A DNA stretch of 64,000 bases from the NCBI GenBank assembly GCA_009914755.4, contig CP086569.2, positions 22,752,001 to 22,816,000 on the forward strand, read 5' to 3'. Position numbers and translations under genes: made by a program. The stretch comes from the human T2T-CHM13v2.0 reference genome, Homo sapiens. The stretch's first letter is position 1; each line of letters begins with the position of its first letter. Of the stretch, positions 1 through 11,322 are shown in pieces. The notes under the pieces were generated by a model. The model was not told the DNA's origin. It saw only the letters and a program-made list of their open reading frames with translations, and ran no database searches.

Positions 1-190
1 CAGCTTCCCAAGTAGCTAGTACTACAGGCGCTTTCTACCACAGCTGGGCAATTTTTTGTATTTTTAAAAATAGACAAGGGTTTCCCCATAGTGCCCAAGC
101 TAGTCTCCAAATCTTCGGCTCAAGTGTTCTGCCGGCTTGGGACTACCAAAGTGATGGGATTTCAAGGGTGACTCACCACACTCAGCATGA
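1..190 (-). mobile_element. Alu SINE, antisense orientation, truncated by window edge
   Basis: Sequence cagcttcccaagtagct...ggtctccaaatcttcggctcaagtg...gggactaccaaagtgatggg matches reverse-complement Alu consensus; moderately diverged. Confidence 0.8.
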
Positions 191-664
191 TATTTGGATA
201 AGAGATTAAATCAAGCTACTTAAAATGTTCTAGGAGGAGAATATTTTAAATATTTTACCATCTTTTAGTGATTTGAAATATACAATAGGTCAAAGATCCC
301 CAAACCCTAGCCTTCAACCCGTACCTATCTGTGGCCTGAATGTGATGCCGGAGGATGACCTGCAATACCTGTCTGTGGAGAATGTAACGCCTGAGGATGA
401 CCTGAGGTGGTACAGTTTTATCCGGAAACCATCCTCCCTACTCCCTCGCTGGCCCTCCCTGTCCCCGTGACAGCCTCACTGCCCCACCTGGCCTCTGTCA
501 CATTGCTCCTACCGGAAGACCCGCCCCACCACGTGCCCCTCGGAGACCTGCCGCCAGCCCCCACTCCCAAACCTGTCCACCTCGCCGCCTTCTTCCCCTG
601 CGCAACCTTTCTCTGAGGAAAAACTGACTTCCACTAAACCAGTCCCTGATGCGAAAATAGCAAT

Positions 665-775
665 GAAAGAGTCCAGTACGTTACCCAGGCTGGTCTCAAA
701 CTCCTGACTTCAAGCCATCCTCCGACCTCCACTTCCCAAAATGCTAGGACTACAGGAGTAAGGCAGTGTGCCAGG
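665..775 (-). mobile_element. Alu left-monomer fragment
   Basis: ...cccaggctggtctcaaactcctgacttcaagccatcctcc...cccaaaatgctaggactacagg is the reverse complement of the Alu 5' arm. Confidence 0.7.
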
Positions 776-1479
776 TTAACAGAATAACTTAAGCGCATCT
801 ATTTTGTTCCAGTTTTCGGCTATCTAACTCCATTTGTCTCGATTACACCCACTTATTCGGTTTAAATTATTTACGGTGCCAAAGACACATGAAACGTTTC
901 AAATACTGCCATACAACGAAGGAGACAATCACAGGCTTTACAGAGGCAAACTGAAACTCAGATTATTTGTGGCCCCATATTTCTACATACACTAAAGTAA
1001 CACAATTTATGTCAAAATTTGATAATTCTTCCAAGCAAATCAGACACGCGACATGTGCTAACCAAAAGTGTGACTTTTTAATCGCAGTGGTTAAGTGTAT
1101 TGCCTGTATTCTGAATTATCACCACATTCACAGAGAAAACCCGCTTTAATAAAAAGTGCACATGAAAACCAATGGCGGCTTAGCACCATCTCCCACAACT
1201 AGTCGGACACATTAGGCAGTTAAAGGTAGAATCCTCAGGAAAAATCAATGAGTTTAACGAAAGTGAGTCTCTTAATAGCACTGAGGAGTTCTTTCCCCAC
1301 TGACTCCTCCCGTAATTCAACACCCACACATAGAAAACCCATCCCCTTTTATAGACAAAATCCCAAACCTTCGCTTTCTATTCTTGCCGAGAGACCCAGC
1401 TGTCCAGAGAAACAGAAAATACCTGCGCTTTTTAGTAGGACAAAGAGCCTGAGGTTCGCCTGGCCCTCAGGCCGTACGT

Positions 1480-1780
1480 AACCGGCTTCGGAACACCACA
1501 GGGCCAACTGCGGGAGGGACAGCTGGAGCTTCCCTGAGAGGGAAGGACGCCGGAAGCCGTGCCCGGAAATCCCGCCTACCTCCAGCGGCCAATCATTGCG
1601 AAGGCGGTGGGCGTCAGCCAGTTACTGCAAAGGCTGTGGGCGTGTCCTGAGGCCGCTCCGCCCCAGCAGGCCTGCGGCTCCATCATCTCGCGGTAACTCT
1701 TCCGAGACCACGCTTGTGCCACGTGGCGGGCCGCGGTGGATTAAGGCACACGCGAACTGTGAGCCCTTTGCAATTGTGGG
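1480..1780. promoter_or_regulatory. CpG-island-like promoter region: ~26 CpG in ~290 bp, palindromic CCAAT/Y-box CCAATCATTG at ~1596, GC-box ccgcccc at ~1650
   Basis: CpG density counted directly. The ggccaatcattgcgaaggcggtgggcg motif is present. This is the only CpG-dense stretch in the first 20 kb. Orientation of transcription not resolved. Confidence 0.55.
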
Positions 1781-3346
1781 CATGGAAGACCTACACCCTA
1801 ACTGGCATCCTGAGTGTGGCAAGACATTAACTAACCCACAGGGAACACATGAAACATCTCACTTCATTAGGCAGGCTAGGCTGATGGTACTGAATATTGC
1901 GGATCCAGAGGGGAGAGAGAGGGACCAGCGCTGCTGCTGGGGCGAGGGCAGCAGCGGTGGCTTGGGGGGATTGGGGCAGGGCGGGTGCGTGGGACTAAAG
2001 TCGACTGGTACGTTGCTGAGGTGGAATTCATCTGCACCAGAAGCTGAAACCCTGCAAGGATTCTGTCAGGTCTAGGCAAATACATACTCCGAGTTCCATG
2101 GTTCCTCCCTGAGGATGCTGTACTCACAGGGGCATTCCAAAGGACTTCTCATCCTGTGCCCTGGGCACACGGGAGGCCTACCGCCATGGTCGCCAATGCA
2201 GTGATCCGTGTGCACTGCTTTGCTGGTGCAGAGGCTCTCACAAGTGCAGTGGTGGCCGTGTGCCTGCTAGCGGGGCTCTGGAAGCCAGGGCCTTGGCATC
2301 CGACTCCAGGGCTGCCGTGCGCAGCTAACCCTGCTGGGTAGCTGAGCCCCAGTGTGAGTGTGACAGGCTAAGGGCCCTGTGGGGCCCCCCAGGAACCCTG
2401 TTCCACATAGGTGTAGGATGTGGTTCTCAGCAGGGCAAGGCCCGCAGGCCTCTCCTGGAGTTGCCCCCAGAGTTGACGGGTGCCGGGGGGGTGGGGTGGG
2501 AGGCACAGGCTTTGCTCTGTTGGAGCCTCAAGGAGGGCACCATGTTAAGGCTGGAGGCTGTGCAGGAGAGGATGGTCTGTGCACAGAGCAGGAAGACAAC
2601 CCTGCGGGGAGAGGCATGCTAGTGGGGGATGACATCATTGCAGAGATGGAGGTGGTGGCCAAGGAGGAAGGCCAATGTGGAGCCACAGCAGGAGGACCTG
2701 CAGGCACAGCCTGGCCCTGGCCCCAGTACGCCCCGGCCAGCAACAGACTCGCTGGACGTCCTTCACTTGGAGCTCGGCTACGTGAATGTCCCAGGCCACA
2801 GGGCATCCCCGGCTTCTGGGCCAGAGCCATATCCTTGCAGCTGCCAATTCGGGATGGTTGGCAGCAGGGGATGGGCGCGGAGCTCCCGGGAGCGGAGGTG
2901 GGGGGAAACAAGGTGGTAGGCACTGGCGGTCAGCCAGGATTCAGGGCATGGGGGACAACAAGGGGAACTGAGAACAGGCTCATGCGGATAGGAGGGCAGC
3001 TTAATTGCATGTGCCCTGAGGGCATGTGGTAGGGACAGGAAGCCAAGCACAGCACTCACCAGGGAGAATAGCAGCGCCAAGGACCCATCATAACAGCAGA
3101 AAGTTGAAGGATACGATTCACCGGGAAAGTCCCTGGAGGAAGGGGAGTCTGCATGCCCATGCCAGCCACGGAACTTCCCTGCTCCCCTTGCCTGTGTCCA
3201 GCAAGCTTACCCCAGAAACACAAGGTGCTCAAGACTCGGTGTCACTGTGCACGGGGCTGCTGTCCTATGCAAGGCAGGCACTATCTCCCCAGACACAATT
3301 TCTTCCCTCTGCCAGCGCTGCACCCAAAGATGTTTAGGCCCTGAGT

Positions 3347-3354
3347 ATATATAA
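3347..3354 (+). promoter_or_regulatory. TATA-box-like TATATAAG (copy A only; lies in a ~600 bp segment absent from paralog B)
   Basis: gagtatatataagctccc followed ~25 bp later by ccactcgagctcc. No supporting transcript evidence is available. Confidence 0.2.
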
Positions 3355-5794
3355 GCTCCCTTGAAACCACTCGAGCTCCACGGGGAGAGCCAGGCACAGC
3401 CCCGTAGCTACTTCTACCCACAGCGGTTGCCTGGGGTGGACACGTGCACCCCTCAGGGAGACCAGGAGAAGGAGAGACGGCACACCCAGACAGCAGCAGA
3501 GCCTGTCCAGCACCCAGCACAGGAGGGCCTCCTGCAGCTCAGAAACGCCGAGCAAGTAGTCGCCTCACACAACAACACCCCGCCCCCAACCCCCTGCCCA
3601 CTTCTTCAGTGCCAGCCCCTGGTCAGAGCAGGTTGTCTGGGCCTGCCTCCACCCACCACCAAGACCACCACAGCTCTGATGGTGCCCTCCACGCCAGACA
3701 GAGACAGAGGACCTGGAAGGGAAGGTGCCCTGCCCCACACTCTCCGTGCTCTTGCAAAGTTGCAGGGTGTTTCCTTGCACGCCCACCCAATCATCCGGCG
3801 GCTCCTTGACCAGAGGCAGATTGTGCGGCACACCGAGATGTTGGCCGGGATCACAAATGATGATGAAGTCCTGCTAAGCTACGTACGTGATGGATTTGCA
3901 GGTCGGGCTAAGGAGCCTGAGTCTTCGGGAGGGGTCTGGTGTCTGGGTCAGGTTGAGGTACCCCTGGGACCCGGGGGTGTCTCAATGAGAGAGTTGGGAA
4001 GGAGAAACACATGCTTCACCCCAGCTAACAGGTCACCTCACCCCAGCTACATGAAATGCTCCTTTGAGTACGTCCTCTTTCTCCTTCTTGGCCAGGTAAG
4101 GGGAGGAAAGCAACTCTTCCGGGTACCGGCAGCAGGATGAAGTTTTCCTTTTATCACAGTCTCTACTTCCACAATGAAGTGATCATTCAGGAGTACTGCC
4201 TTGGCATCCTCGGTAAGGAGCGCCTCCCAGCATGGTAGGGGAGCTGGTGTGTGGGAGGGTAGGTCTGGCATGAACCTTCCTGACTCCTCTCTCTGCAGGA
4301 TACGGGATGTCTCATTCCACTGCAGTCTAGTGGTTGTGGGATCATGAAGGTCAAGCCTCCAGCTGCAGGCCGTACAGCTCCTACCTGACCTTCTTCAGCT
4401 GGTTGGCTGACCATGACTGCCCAGGTTCTGGCAGGATTGCTGAGGTGAGCGCCAGGTAGGGCATCATGGGAAAGGATCTTGCTGGTCATTCCTTGGCCTC
4501 TGGGGAACTGGCTTTGAGCCATGACCTGAACTAACCTGTACCCACTTCTGCAGTCCCCTAGATCATCAGCCAGAGCCTGTAGCTCAATCCCCTGCAGTAC
4601 TTCTCCAGGGAGGGAGGCCATTAGAGAGTGAACAGAGAGGAGGCCAGGTGAGCAGTCTGGGGCTGGGGACTGAGAGGCGGTTGATTCCTGGAGTTGTGCC
4701 CCACATGGAGAAACCAAGCCTCAGGGAGGTGACTGCAGTGAGCAATCCCACGCCATCCATGGGCTGGCGGAGAAATGGCCATCAAAGAACTGTAACACCC
4801 ACATTTTAGGATTGGGGCACCTTCAGCCGCCTAAGAGGAATAAGTGTCTAAGGTCAGTGGGTGAGAAGCAAGGCTCAAGTGGTAGCTGTCTCATCATCCC
4901 TCACCGGCTGAGGCCTGAGGCCGGCTACCACTTGGGGCTCAGTTTGGGCTCAACCAGGGCCCTCTCACCCTCCACGCAGATATCCTCCCAAGGCCCCTCT
5001 CTATGTCTTCCCTGATGGGCTGTCCCACGCCCATCATTTTTTGTTACAATGATCCCAGGCTTCCCTGAGATGCTTTCTGCCCTCTGCCATCATCACCCAC
5101 ACTTCCCTGCCCCACCCTGCCCCACCAGACAAGAGAGGCCGCTACACAGGGAATCTGGAGAACCACACTGGGCTCACAGGGGAGGAAATGTGAAGAGATT
5201 GCAAAATGGATGAGCCCTTCATTGTGTGTCCAGGGAGGGAACCTGGCTGGGAATTAAGGCCCACCTGAGTAGTGGTGTGGACACCCAGTGTTACTTATCA
5301 TGATGAAGACCTGCTTTGTCACATCCCCTAATATTAATATGGAAGTTATTTTCTTGGAACAGTGAAACAATGTGTACAAAGAAATAGTGTTTGTTCAGAT
5401 TTGTGTAGAAATACTGCAGACGCGTCCCTTTTCCATTACAATTCTTATGTGAGACTTGAAGTGTTTATTGAGTTGTAAGATACATTTTGATGGTTCTGCC
5501 CCCAGCAAATTTTATGATCATGTTTGCACTGTAGAGACATGGAATCCAGAAAAGTTTTGAGTGACTTTCAGCTTCTTGTAGAGTACTTACTTGTAAATTT
5601 TGAATTTTTTTCCGTATAGTTCTCTTCAGTTTATTATTTTAATTTTATGTGCAAGGTGATTCATTTGTTTTATTTGCCTTTTGTGGAAACTTTGTTTTAA
5701 TGTACTTTCTGTTTTCCGTTAGATATGCGAGTTGAACTGTGAGTACAAAATTTTTATTTTCATTTTTTAGTTGTTTTGGGGTGTCTGTGTGTGT

Positions 5795-6076
5795 TTTGAG
5801 GAGTACTGCTCTGTCACCCAGGCTGGAGTGAAGTGGCAGGATCTCGGCTCAACCTCAACCTCCGCCTCCCAGCTTCAAGCAATTCCCCTGCCTCGGCCTT
5901 CTGAGGAGTTGGGATTACTGGTGCATGCCACCATGTGCAGCTAATTTTTGTATTTTTAGTCAAGACTGGGTTTCACCATATTTGCCAGGCTGGTCTCCGA
6001 CTCCTCACCTCAACTGATCCACCCACTTTTGCCTGCCAAACTGCCAGGCTTACAGCGTGAGCCACCATGCCCAGCC
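5795..6076 (-). mobile_element. Alu SINE (full length, antisense), shared with paralog B
   Basis: gagtactgctctgtcacccaggctggagtg...gcctcccag...aatttttgtatttttagt...cgtgagccaccatgcccagcc. Confidence 0.9.
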
Positions 6077-6373
6077 TCATTTATTTGTTTCTGTATTAGA
6101 ACCCTTCTTGTATACTCTTCATGTACACACATTTTAGAGTGAATGGAAGAGTGTATTTTATTTATTTAGTCAATAGTAGAATTTTAAACGCAATGTTTTT
6201 ATTCAGTAAATACAGTATTGTGAATAGGTTAAACCTAGTATAGTATTGTCATTCTCTCTTTCATAAATTTTTCAAGAACGCTGATACTGTTTCCGTCCCC
6301 CCGCCTCCGAGGAGAACACGCAGATAGGTCCAAAAAATTGTGGAAGTGAGTGGGTATGAAAATATAATTTGAA

Positions 6374-6662
6374 GGCCGGACGGGGTGTTTCACGCCTGCA
6401 ATCCCCACACTTTCGGAGGCCAAGGCTGGTGGATTACCAGACGTCAGAAGTTCAAGACCAGCGGGGTCAACATGGTGAAACCCCACCTCTACTAAATATT
6501 CGAAAATTAGCTGGGCATGGTGGCAGGTTCCTGTAATCCTAGCTATTTGGGAGGCTGAGGCAGGAGAATCGGTTGAACCCAAGAGGCGGTGGTTGCAGTG
6601 AGCCAAGATCACGCCACTGCACTACAGCCTGGGTCACAAGACCAAAGCTTTGTCTCCACCAC
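6374..6662 (+). mobile_element. Alu SINE (sense), inserted exactly at the end of duplication block A
   Basis: ggccggacggggtgtttcacgcctgcaatcc...gggaggctgaggcaggagaatcggttgaaccc...cactgcactacagcctggg. Confidence 0.9.
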
Positions 6663-7749
6663 CCCACACCCCCCAAGAAAGCATTATTTTGGGAAAAACC
6701 CATCCAGCACTTGTAAAAATAAGGAATTATTAGGCATGGCCACTGTAGTGGTCTGAAACACACTTTGAAATTCTTCTCAAACCCATTTGAAAATATTCCT
6801 GATGGAACTGAACACAGTACTTGCTTCTAATGTATAGAAAACACTGCAAGCAGTTTCTGGATACTGGACCACCTCTGGCCTAGTTTAGAGACGGTGACAC
6901 GGCTCTGCCTAGGTCTCCTGCTCTCATGGGGACAAACCCCTTAGGAGCCCCCGACCAGTACATCACGCAGTCTAACACCCTGATAACACTATGCAGAAGG
7001 GACATCCAATGGAGAGACTCAAAGAAACAGAACAAGATGTCTGAGCATCTCAGCAGTCCAGCCCCTGCTATTTGAGTCACGCTAGCCATGGCACCAGGGA
7101 GATGAGAAGACACCCGCCAATGTCCCCATCTTTGGCCATCACTAGATTGCATCCTCCTGAGTGCCCCTGAACCACATTCATTTGGCTGAGAGACTGAGGG
7201 CGATTGCAGAGACTGACAGTTAGTAAATTATAATTATGGTTTTAAGCCACTAAGTTTTAGATAATTCTGAAAAGCACTTTAGACTCCTAGAAAAACTGTG
7301 TCGTCTACTGACTTCATTGCAGAGAGCTGTAAAGGCCAACATCATGAATGCTAATACCCTGGAAAAGTCAAATCATCGAGACTCTTCTAAGCACAACAGA
7401 TCTTTAATGTCCCTTCGCTATGGCTGGAGAATAATCTAACATGTATCTGATAGAGTTGTTGGAAAGCCTCTGTTCACATCTCTCAGCCTGGTATGGGTCA
7501 ACTCTGGTCTGCTTTAATTCTAGGCAACTGCAGCAGTTCACCTTCCATTTTAGGTCGTGGCCTACACTGATTTTTTGATCACTGACTGTGTCTTTGTCTG
7601 TGTGTGTATGTTTTGTGTGTTATCATATTTTATCTGAGGAGGCTAAATAATAGTACTATAGTTTTGTAAACAGAAAACATTCCAGGAAGTCAGTATTGCT
7701 TATAAACTGAGCTTTAAAATAGATATGAAATTAGACATGGCAAGATGCC

Positions 7750-7945
7750 ATGTCTACTATCATACCAAAGCTAGCCAAGCTTGGTGGCCCATGGATATTA
7801 TCCCAGCTACTTGGAAGGCTGATGCAGGAGAATCCATTGAATCCTGGTGATGGAGTTTGCAGTAAAGTGAGATCACACCACTGTGCTCCAGCCTGGGCAG
7901 CACAGCGAGACTCTGTCTCAGAAATAAAAAGAGAATAAAATAATA
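7750..7945 (+). mobile_element. Alu right-arm fragment
   Basis: ...agctacttggaaggctgatgcaggagaatccattgaatcc...ccactgtgctccagcctgggcagcacagcgagactctgtctc. Confidence 0.8.
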
Positions 7946-7982
7946 AAATAGGAGAGATTACTGAAGAGACAAATGCATAAAA

Positions 7983-8307
7983 CTGGGTGGGCATTGTGGC
8001 TCACGCCTGGATCCCAGCATTCTCAGAGGATGAGGTGGGTGGATCACTAGAGGACAAGAGTTCAAGACCAGCCCGAGCAAATATTGTGAAACCTGGTCTC
8101 TACTGAAAATAGAAATACACACACACACACACATACACACACACACACACACAGGATTGGTGTCATATGACTGCAGTTGCAGTTGCTTAGGAGGGTGTGA
8201 CTGGACAATTGCTTGAACCCGTGATAAGGAGGGAGCAGTGAGCTGAGATCACGCCACTGCACTCCAGCCTAGGTGACAGGGCAGGATTCTTTCTTAAAAA
8301 AAAAAAA
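7983..8307 (+). mobile_element. Alu SINE with (CA)n expansion in the central A-rich linker (8116-8153)
   Basis: ggctcacgcctggatcccagcattctc...gttcaagaccagcc then acacacac run, then ...gcttgaacccg...cactgcactccagcctaggtgacagg + poly-A. Confidence 0.85.
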
Positions 8308-8329
8308 ATCAGTGAGAGAAAAAGATACA

Positions 8330-8395
8330 GAGACAAAAAGAAAGAAAGACAGGAAGGAAGAAAGGAAGGGAGGGAAGGAGGAAGGGAATGAAAAT
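8330..8395. repeat. Polypurine (GAAA/GGAA)n tract
   Basis: gaaagaaagacaggaaggaagaaaggaagggagggaaggaggaagggaatg, all purine on the + strand. Confidence 0.8.
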
Positions 8396-8679
8396 TTGTA
8401 CCTAACAGTTGTAGATACTTTTGGCATACATGTGATATTTTGATACAAGTAATGTGAACTGGTAAGCGAGGGATCAAAGAGGGGATGGGGGTGGGTTAAA
8501 TTATACTTGCTTAGAAGGAATAATATCTAGTGTTCAGTGGCACAGGATGACTACACTTAATAATGATTTATTGTACATCTCAAAATAATTAATAGAGCGA
8601 AGGTGGAATGTCGCTGATACCAAGAAAAGATACGCCAGACTCAGTGAGGTGGAATGTCGCTCATAATGAGAAAAGATAT

Positions 8680-8988
8680 GCCAGACTCAGTGGCTCACGG
8701 CTATAATCACAACACTTTGGGAAGCCAGGGAAGGAGGATTATTTCGGTCTGGGAGATTGAGACCAGCCTGAACAATATATCCAAAGCATTGTCCCTACCA
8801 CACACACACAAACACAAAAGTTGGGCACAGTGATGTGTGTCTGTAATCCCAACTACTTGGGAGGCTGAAATGGAAGGCTTGTGCATTTGAACCCAGGAGT
8901 TCGAGGCTGCAGTGAGCCTTGACGGTGCCACTGCAGTCCAGGCTGGACAACAGAGGGAGACCCTGTGTCTAAAAAAGCAAAAAGAAAG
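8680..8988 (+). mobile_element. Alu SINE; a ~45-bp segment spanning its 5' junction is tandemly duplicated (8594-8690)
   Basis: gccagactcagtggctcacggctataatcacaacactttgggaagcc...cactgcagtccaggctggacaacagagggagaccctgtgtc. The upstream gaaggtggaatgtcgct..aagaaaagata.gccagactcagtg occurs twice. Confidence 0.85.
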
Positions 8989-9052
8989 AATAAATGCTTG
9001 AAATGAAGGATACCTTATTTATTATTTACATATTTGTAGATTTATATAATTA

Positions 9053-9340
9053 TTTTTGATTTGGAGTCTCGCTCTGTCACCCAGGCTAGAGTACATAGTG
9101 CAATATTGGCTCACTGCAGCCTCAGGCTCCCAGGTTCAAACAATTCTCCTGCCTGAGCCCCCCAATTAACTGTAACATACTACAGGTGTGCACCACCATG
9201 CCCAGCAAATTTTCATATTTTTGCTAGAGATGGGGTTTCATGGTATTGGTCAGGCTGGTCTGGAACTCCCGACCTAAAGTGATCAGCAAGCCTTGGCCTC
9301 AAAGTGCTGGAATTAAAAACCTGAGCCGTCACACCTGGGC
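9053..9340 (-). mobile_element. Alu SINE (antisense)
   Basis: ggagtctcgctctgtcacccaggctagagtaca...gcctgagcc...gagatggggtttcatgg...aaagtgctggaattaaaaacctgagccgtcacacctgggc. Confidence 0.85.
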
Positions 9341-9821
9341 AGTAAGATACATAAGACTAGGGAATTTTATTTTTTCACTTCATCCTCACAATCCTACATT
9401 GTAGGTGAATGAAAACACAACTTCATAACACAAATAACTCACTTGAAAATCCAAGTTGGTAACTTCTCCCTTTAAAATTATTTGCACCCTTACCTATAGA
9501 AATTGAAGATGTTGTCAAAATTTTATCAAGAAAATATTTCCTCATTGCAGATTAGTCTGTTAATTGTAAGAATTATGGATTGTAAAACTTCTGGAACTTC
9601 ATGTATTTCATTTCTTTAGGTTGTACAATGTATAATCAGAAAAATTAATTGGTTTAGTTATTTAAGTCCAAATCTTTTTATTTTTACCATTTGATGATTT
9701 ATTAAACCTTTAAGCAATCCCCTGTCTGAAATGTTATGCTGCTGTTTTGTTTTATACACTTCACTTCCCAAAAGTATGAGGTTGAAAGTGCTTCCATTCA
9801 TATAACCAATTAAGTCTGATA

Positions 9822-10122
9822 GGCTGAGAGTGGTGGCTCATGCCTGTAATCCTAGAACTTTGGCAGTCTGAGGAGGGTGGATCAGGATTTTAAGAACAGG
9901 CTGGCAAGTGTGGTGGAACGCTGTCTATACTAAAAATACAAAAAATTAGCCAGCTGTAGTGCACACTTATCTAATACCAGTTACTCAAGATGCTGAGGCA
10001 GGACAATAGATTGGACCCAGAAGGTGGAGGTTGTAGTAAGCCAAGATGGAGCCACTGCACCCCTGCTTGGGTGACAAAGCTACATCCCATCTCAAAACAA
10101 ACAAACAAACAAACAAAAAACT
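9822..10122 (+). mobile_element. Alu SINE with (CAAA)n tail
   Basis: ggctgagagtggtggctcatgcctgtaatcctagaactttgg...ccactgcacccctgcttgggtgacaaagc...aaacaaacaaacaaacaaa. Confidence 0.85.
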
Positions 10123-11022
10123 GATAAAATTCCAACCACTCTAGATTATTCCTATTTGTAACAACTTATTACTACACCATGACTTACAACAACCATTGTC
10201 AAAACTTTTAAGAAAAAAATAACATGACTACCTCCCAAGACCAAACACTTACTTTCCACCATTTAAACTAGGAAAATTTAATTTCATTATGCTATGCACT
10301 TGAGAAACTTAGCTGGTTCACTTTTCATTTAGGTAAAAAAAAGTTTTCATTAGCATTATCCCTCTTCAGTCACAGAATGCTTCAAGTAGAATGTTCTGGA
10401 TGTCTTAAATTTTAATATCAACCACATCTAATTATTTCCTTTGACCTGTACTATTCCTCTAAAGGATAAACATATGGTGAGGCAGAGAGTCTTGTAGTCT
10501 TTCTGAAGACTACTCAAACATTGTAAGCTTGTAAGTTTTTAAAGAGAAACAGCCTATTTAGAAAACTTGTGCAGCTTGCAAGGGAGACATAACATATGCC
10601 TAATTTTGTATCTATTTATGTTCAAAGAAATAAAGGAAAATGTTCAACAAACAATGCAATTTACTCTCTTATTGAATTTGCTTTTAAGCATGTGCAGCTG
10701 AGCAAAAACATTAGGCATTTTGCATTACATGTAAAATTTTATTCTGAAAATTTTAATGTAGATATTACATCTAAACAGATAGTTTTCAAATAGCATTAGC
10801 TAGTATGAAATTACTTGGAAATAAAATTCCCTTTATTTATTGGAAATAAAATTCCTTTGAATACCTCAAAAAATTCATGGAGGAAGTTAGTATCTACCTC
10901 TCTCCACAAAACATACATGTTTCTTTTAGTAAGACGCAGGTAACAATGCAGAAATAACAGGTCAATTTTCGATTTGCAAACAAGGTTTAGTATGCAATAA
11001 CTATTATTTGAATACTTGCTTT

Positions 11023-11322
11023 CATATCTGCTTCAGCCTCTTTTGTCAGATCCACCTTCCCCACCATCTCCTGTAGATGACAAATATCTTGAGCTACCAC
11101 ATGTTTCACAAGGAGCAGGGTGTACCCTATCCAGAGAAGGTAGATTGCTTTGGTCTTTTCTGTCAACGTGCCCACAATCACGGGAATAAAAATCACCACA
11201 GCTCCTTGAGTAACTCTCCCGACTTATGCCATATCTATCTCATTTATTGCTATAATCATGGTGGCTGCTTCCACCATAAGACAACAGAGGCACTCCTGCA
11301 GATGGTGCACCATGAGAGGTCC
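11023..11322 (-). pseudogene. RBMY-like terminal coding region ([94 protein letters not shown]) with an internal TGA
   Basis: Acceptor cccctgcag|ggacctctcatggtgca. Premature stop at 11240-11242; terminal stop 11023-11025. Compare RBMY1 C-terminus [98 protein letters not shown]. Confidence 0.65.

Larger units (their letters stand above)
1..6373. repeat. Paralogous block A of a dispersed direct duplication (partner at ~21015-26809); left edge cut by window
   Basis: Collinear similarity (~85%, many indels) to 21015-26809, including the same Alu insertions (1-190/21015-21298, 665-775/21775-21890, 5795-6076/26228-26510), so the duplication postdates those Alus. Homology ends at 6373 (A) and 26809 (B). 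Confidence 0.85.

Noticed and set aside
1596-2075. 159-aa plus ORF over the CpG island (MRRRWASASYCKGCGRV...)
   Set aside because: CpG islands are stop-codon-poor by composition. No similarity to any protein I know. The paralog has diverged without frame conservation.
2778-3080. Minus-strand ORF beginning MALLFSLVSAVLGFLSLPHA (hydrophobic, signal-peptide-like), with a similar hydrophobic stretch in the paralog (23990..24232)
   Set aside because: The 'start' codon is TTG (the track uses non-ATG starts). The frame lies in GC-rich non-coding DNA, and hydrophobic runs arise easily from CTG/TTC-rich sequence. The paralog does not preserve the frame.
8101-8153. MCVCVCMCVCVC-type ORFs (7958..8152, 8062..8262) and similar at 26006..26230 and 52381..52572
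   Set aside because: Translations of (CA)n/(GT)n microsatellites.
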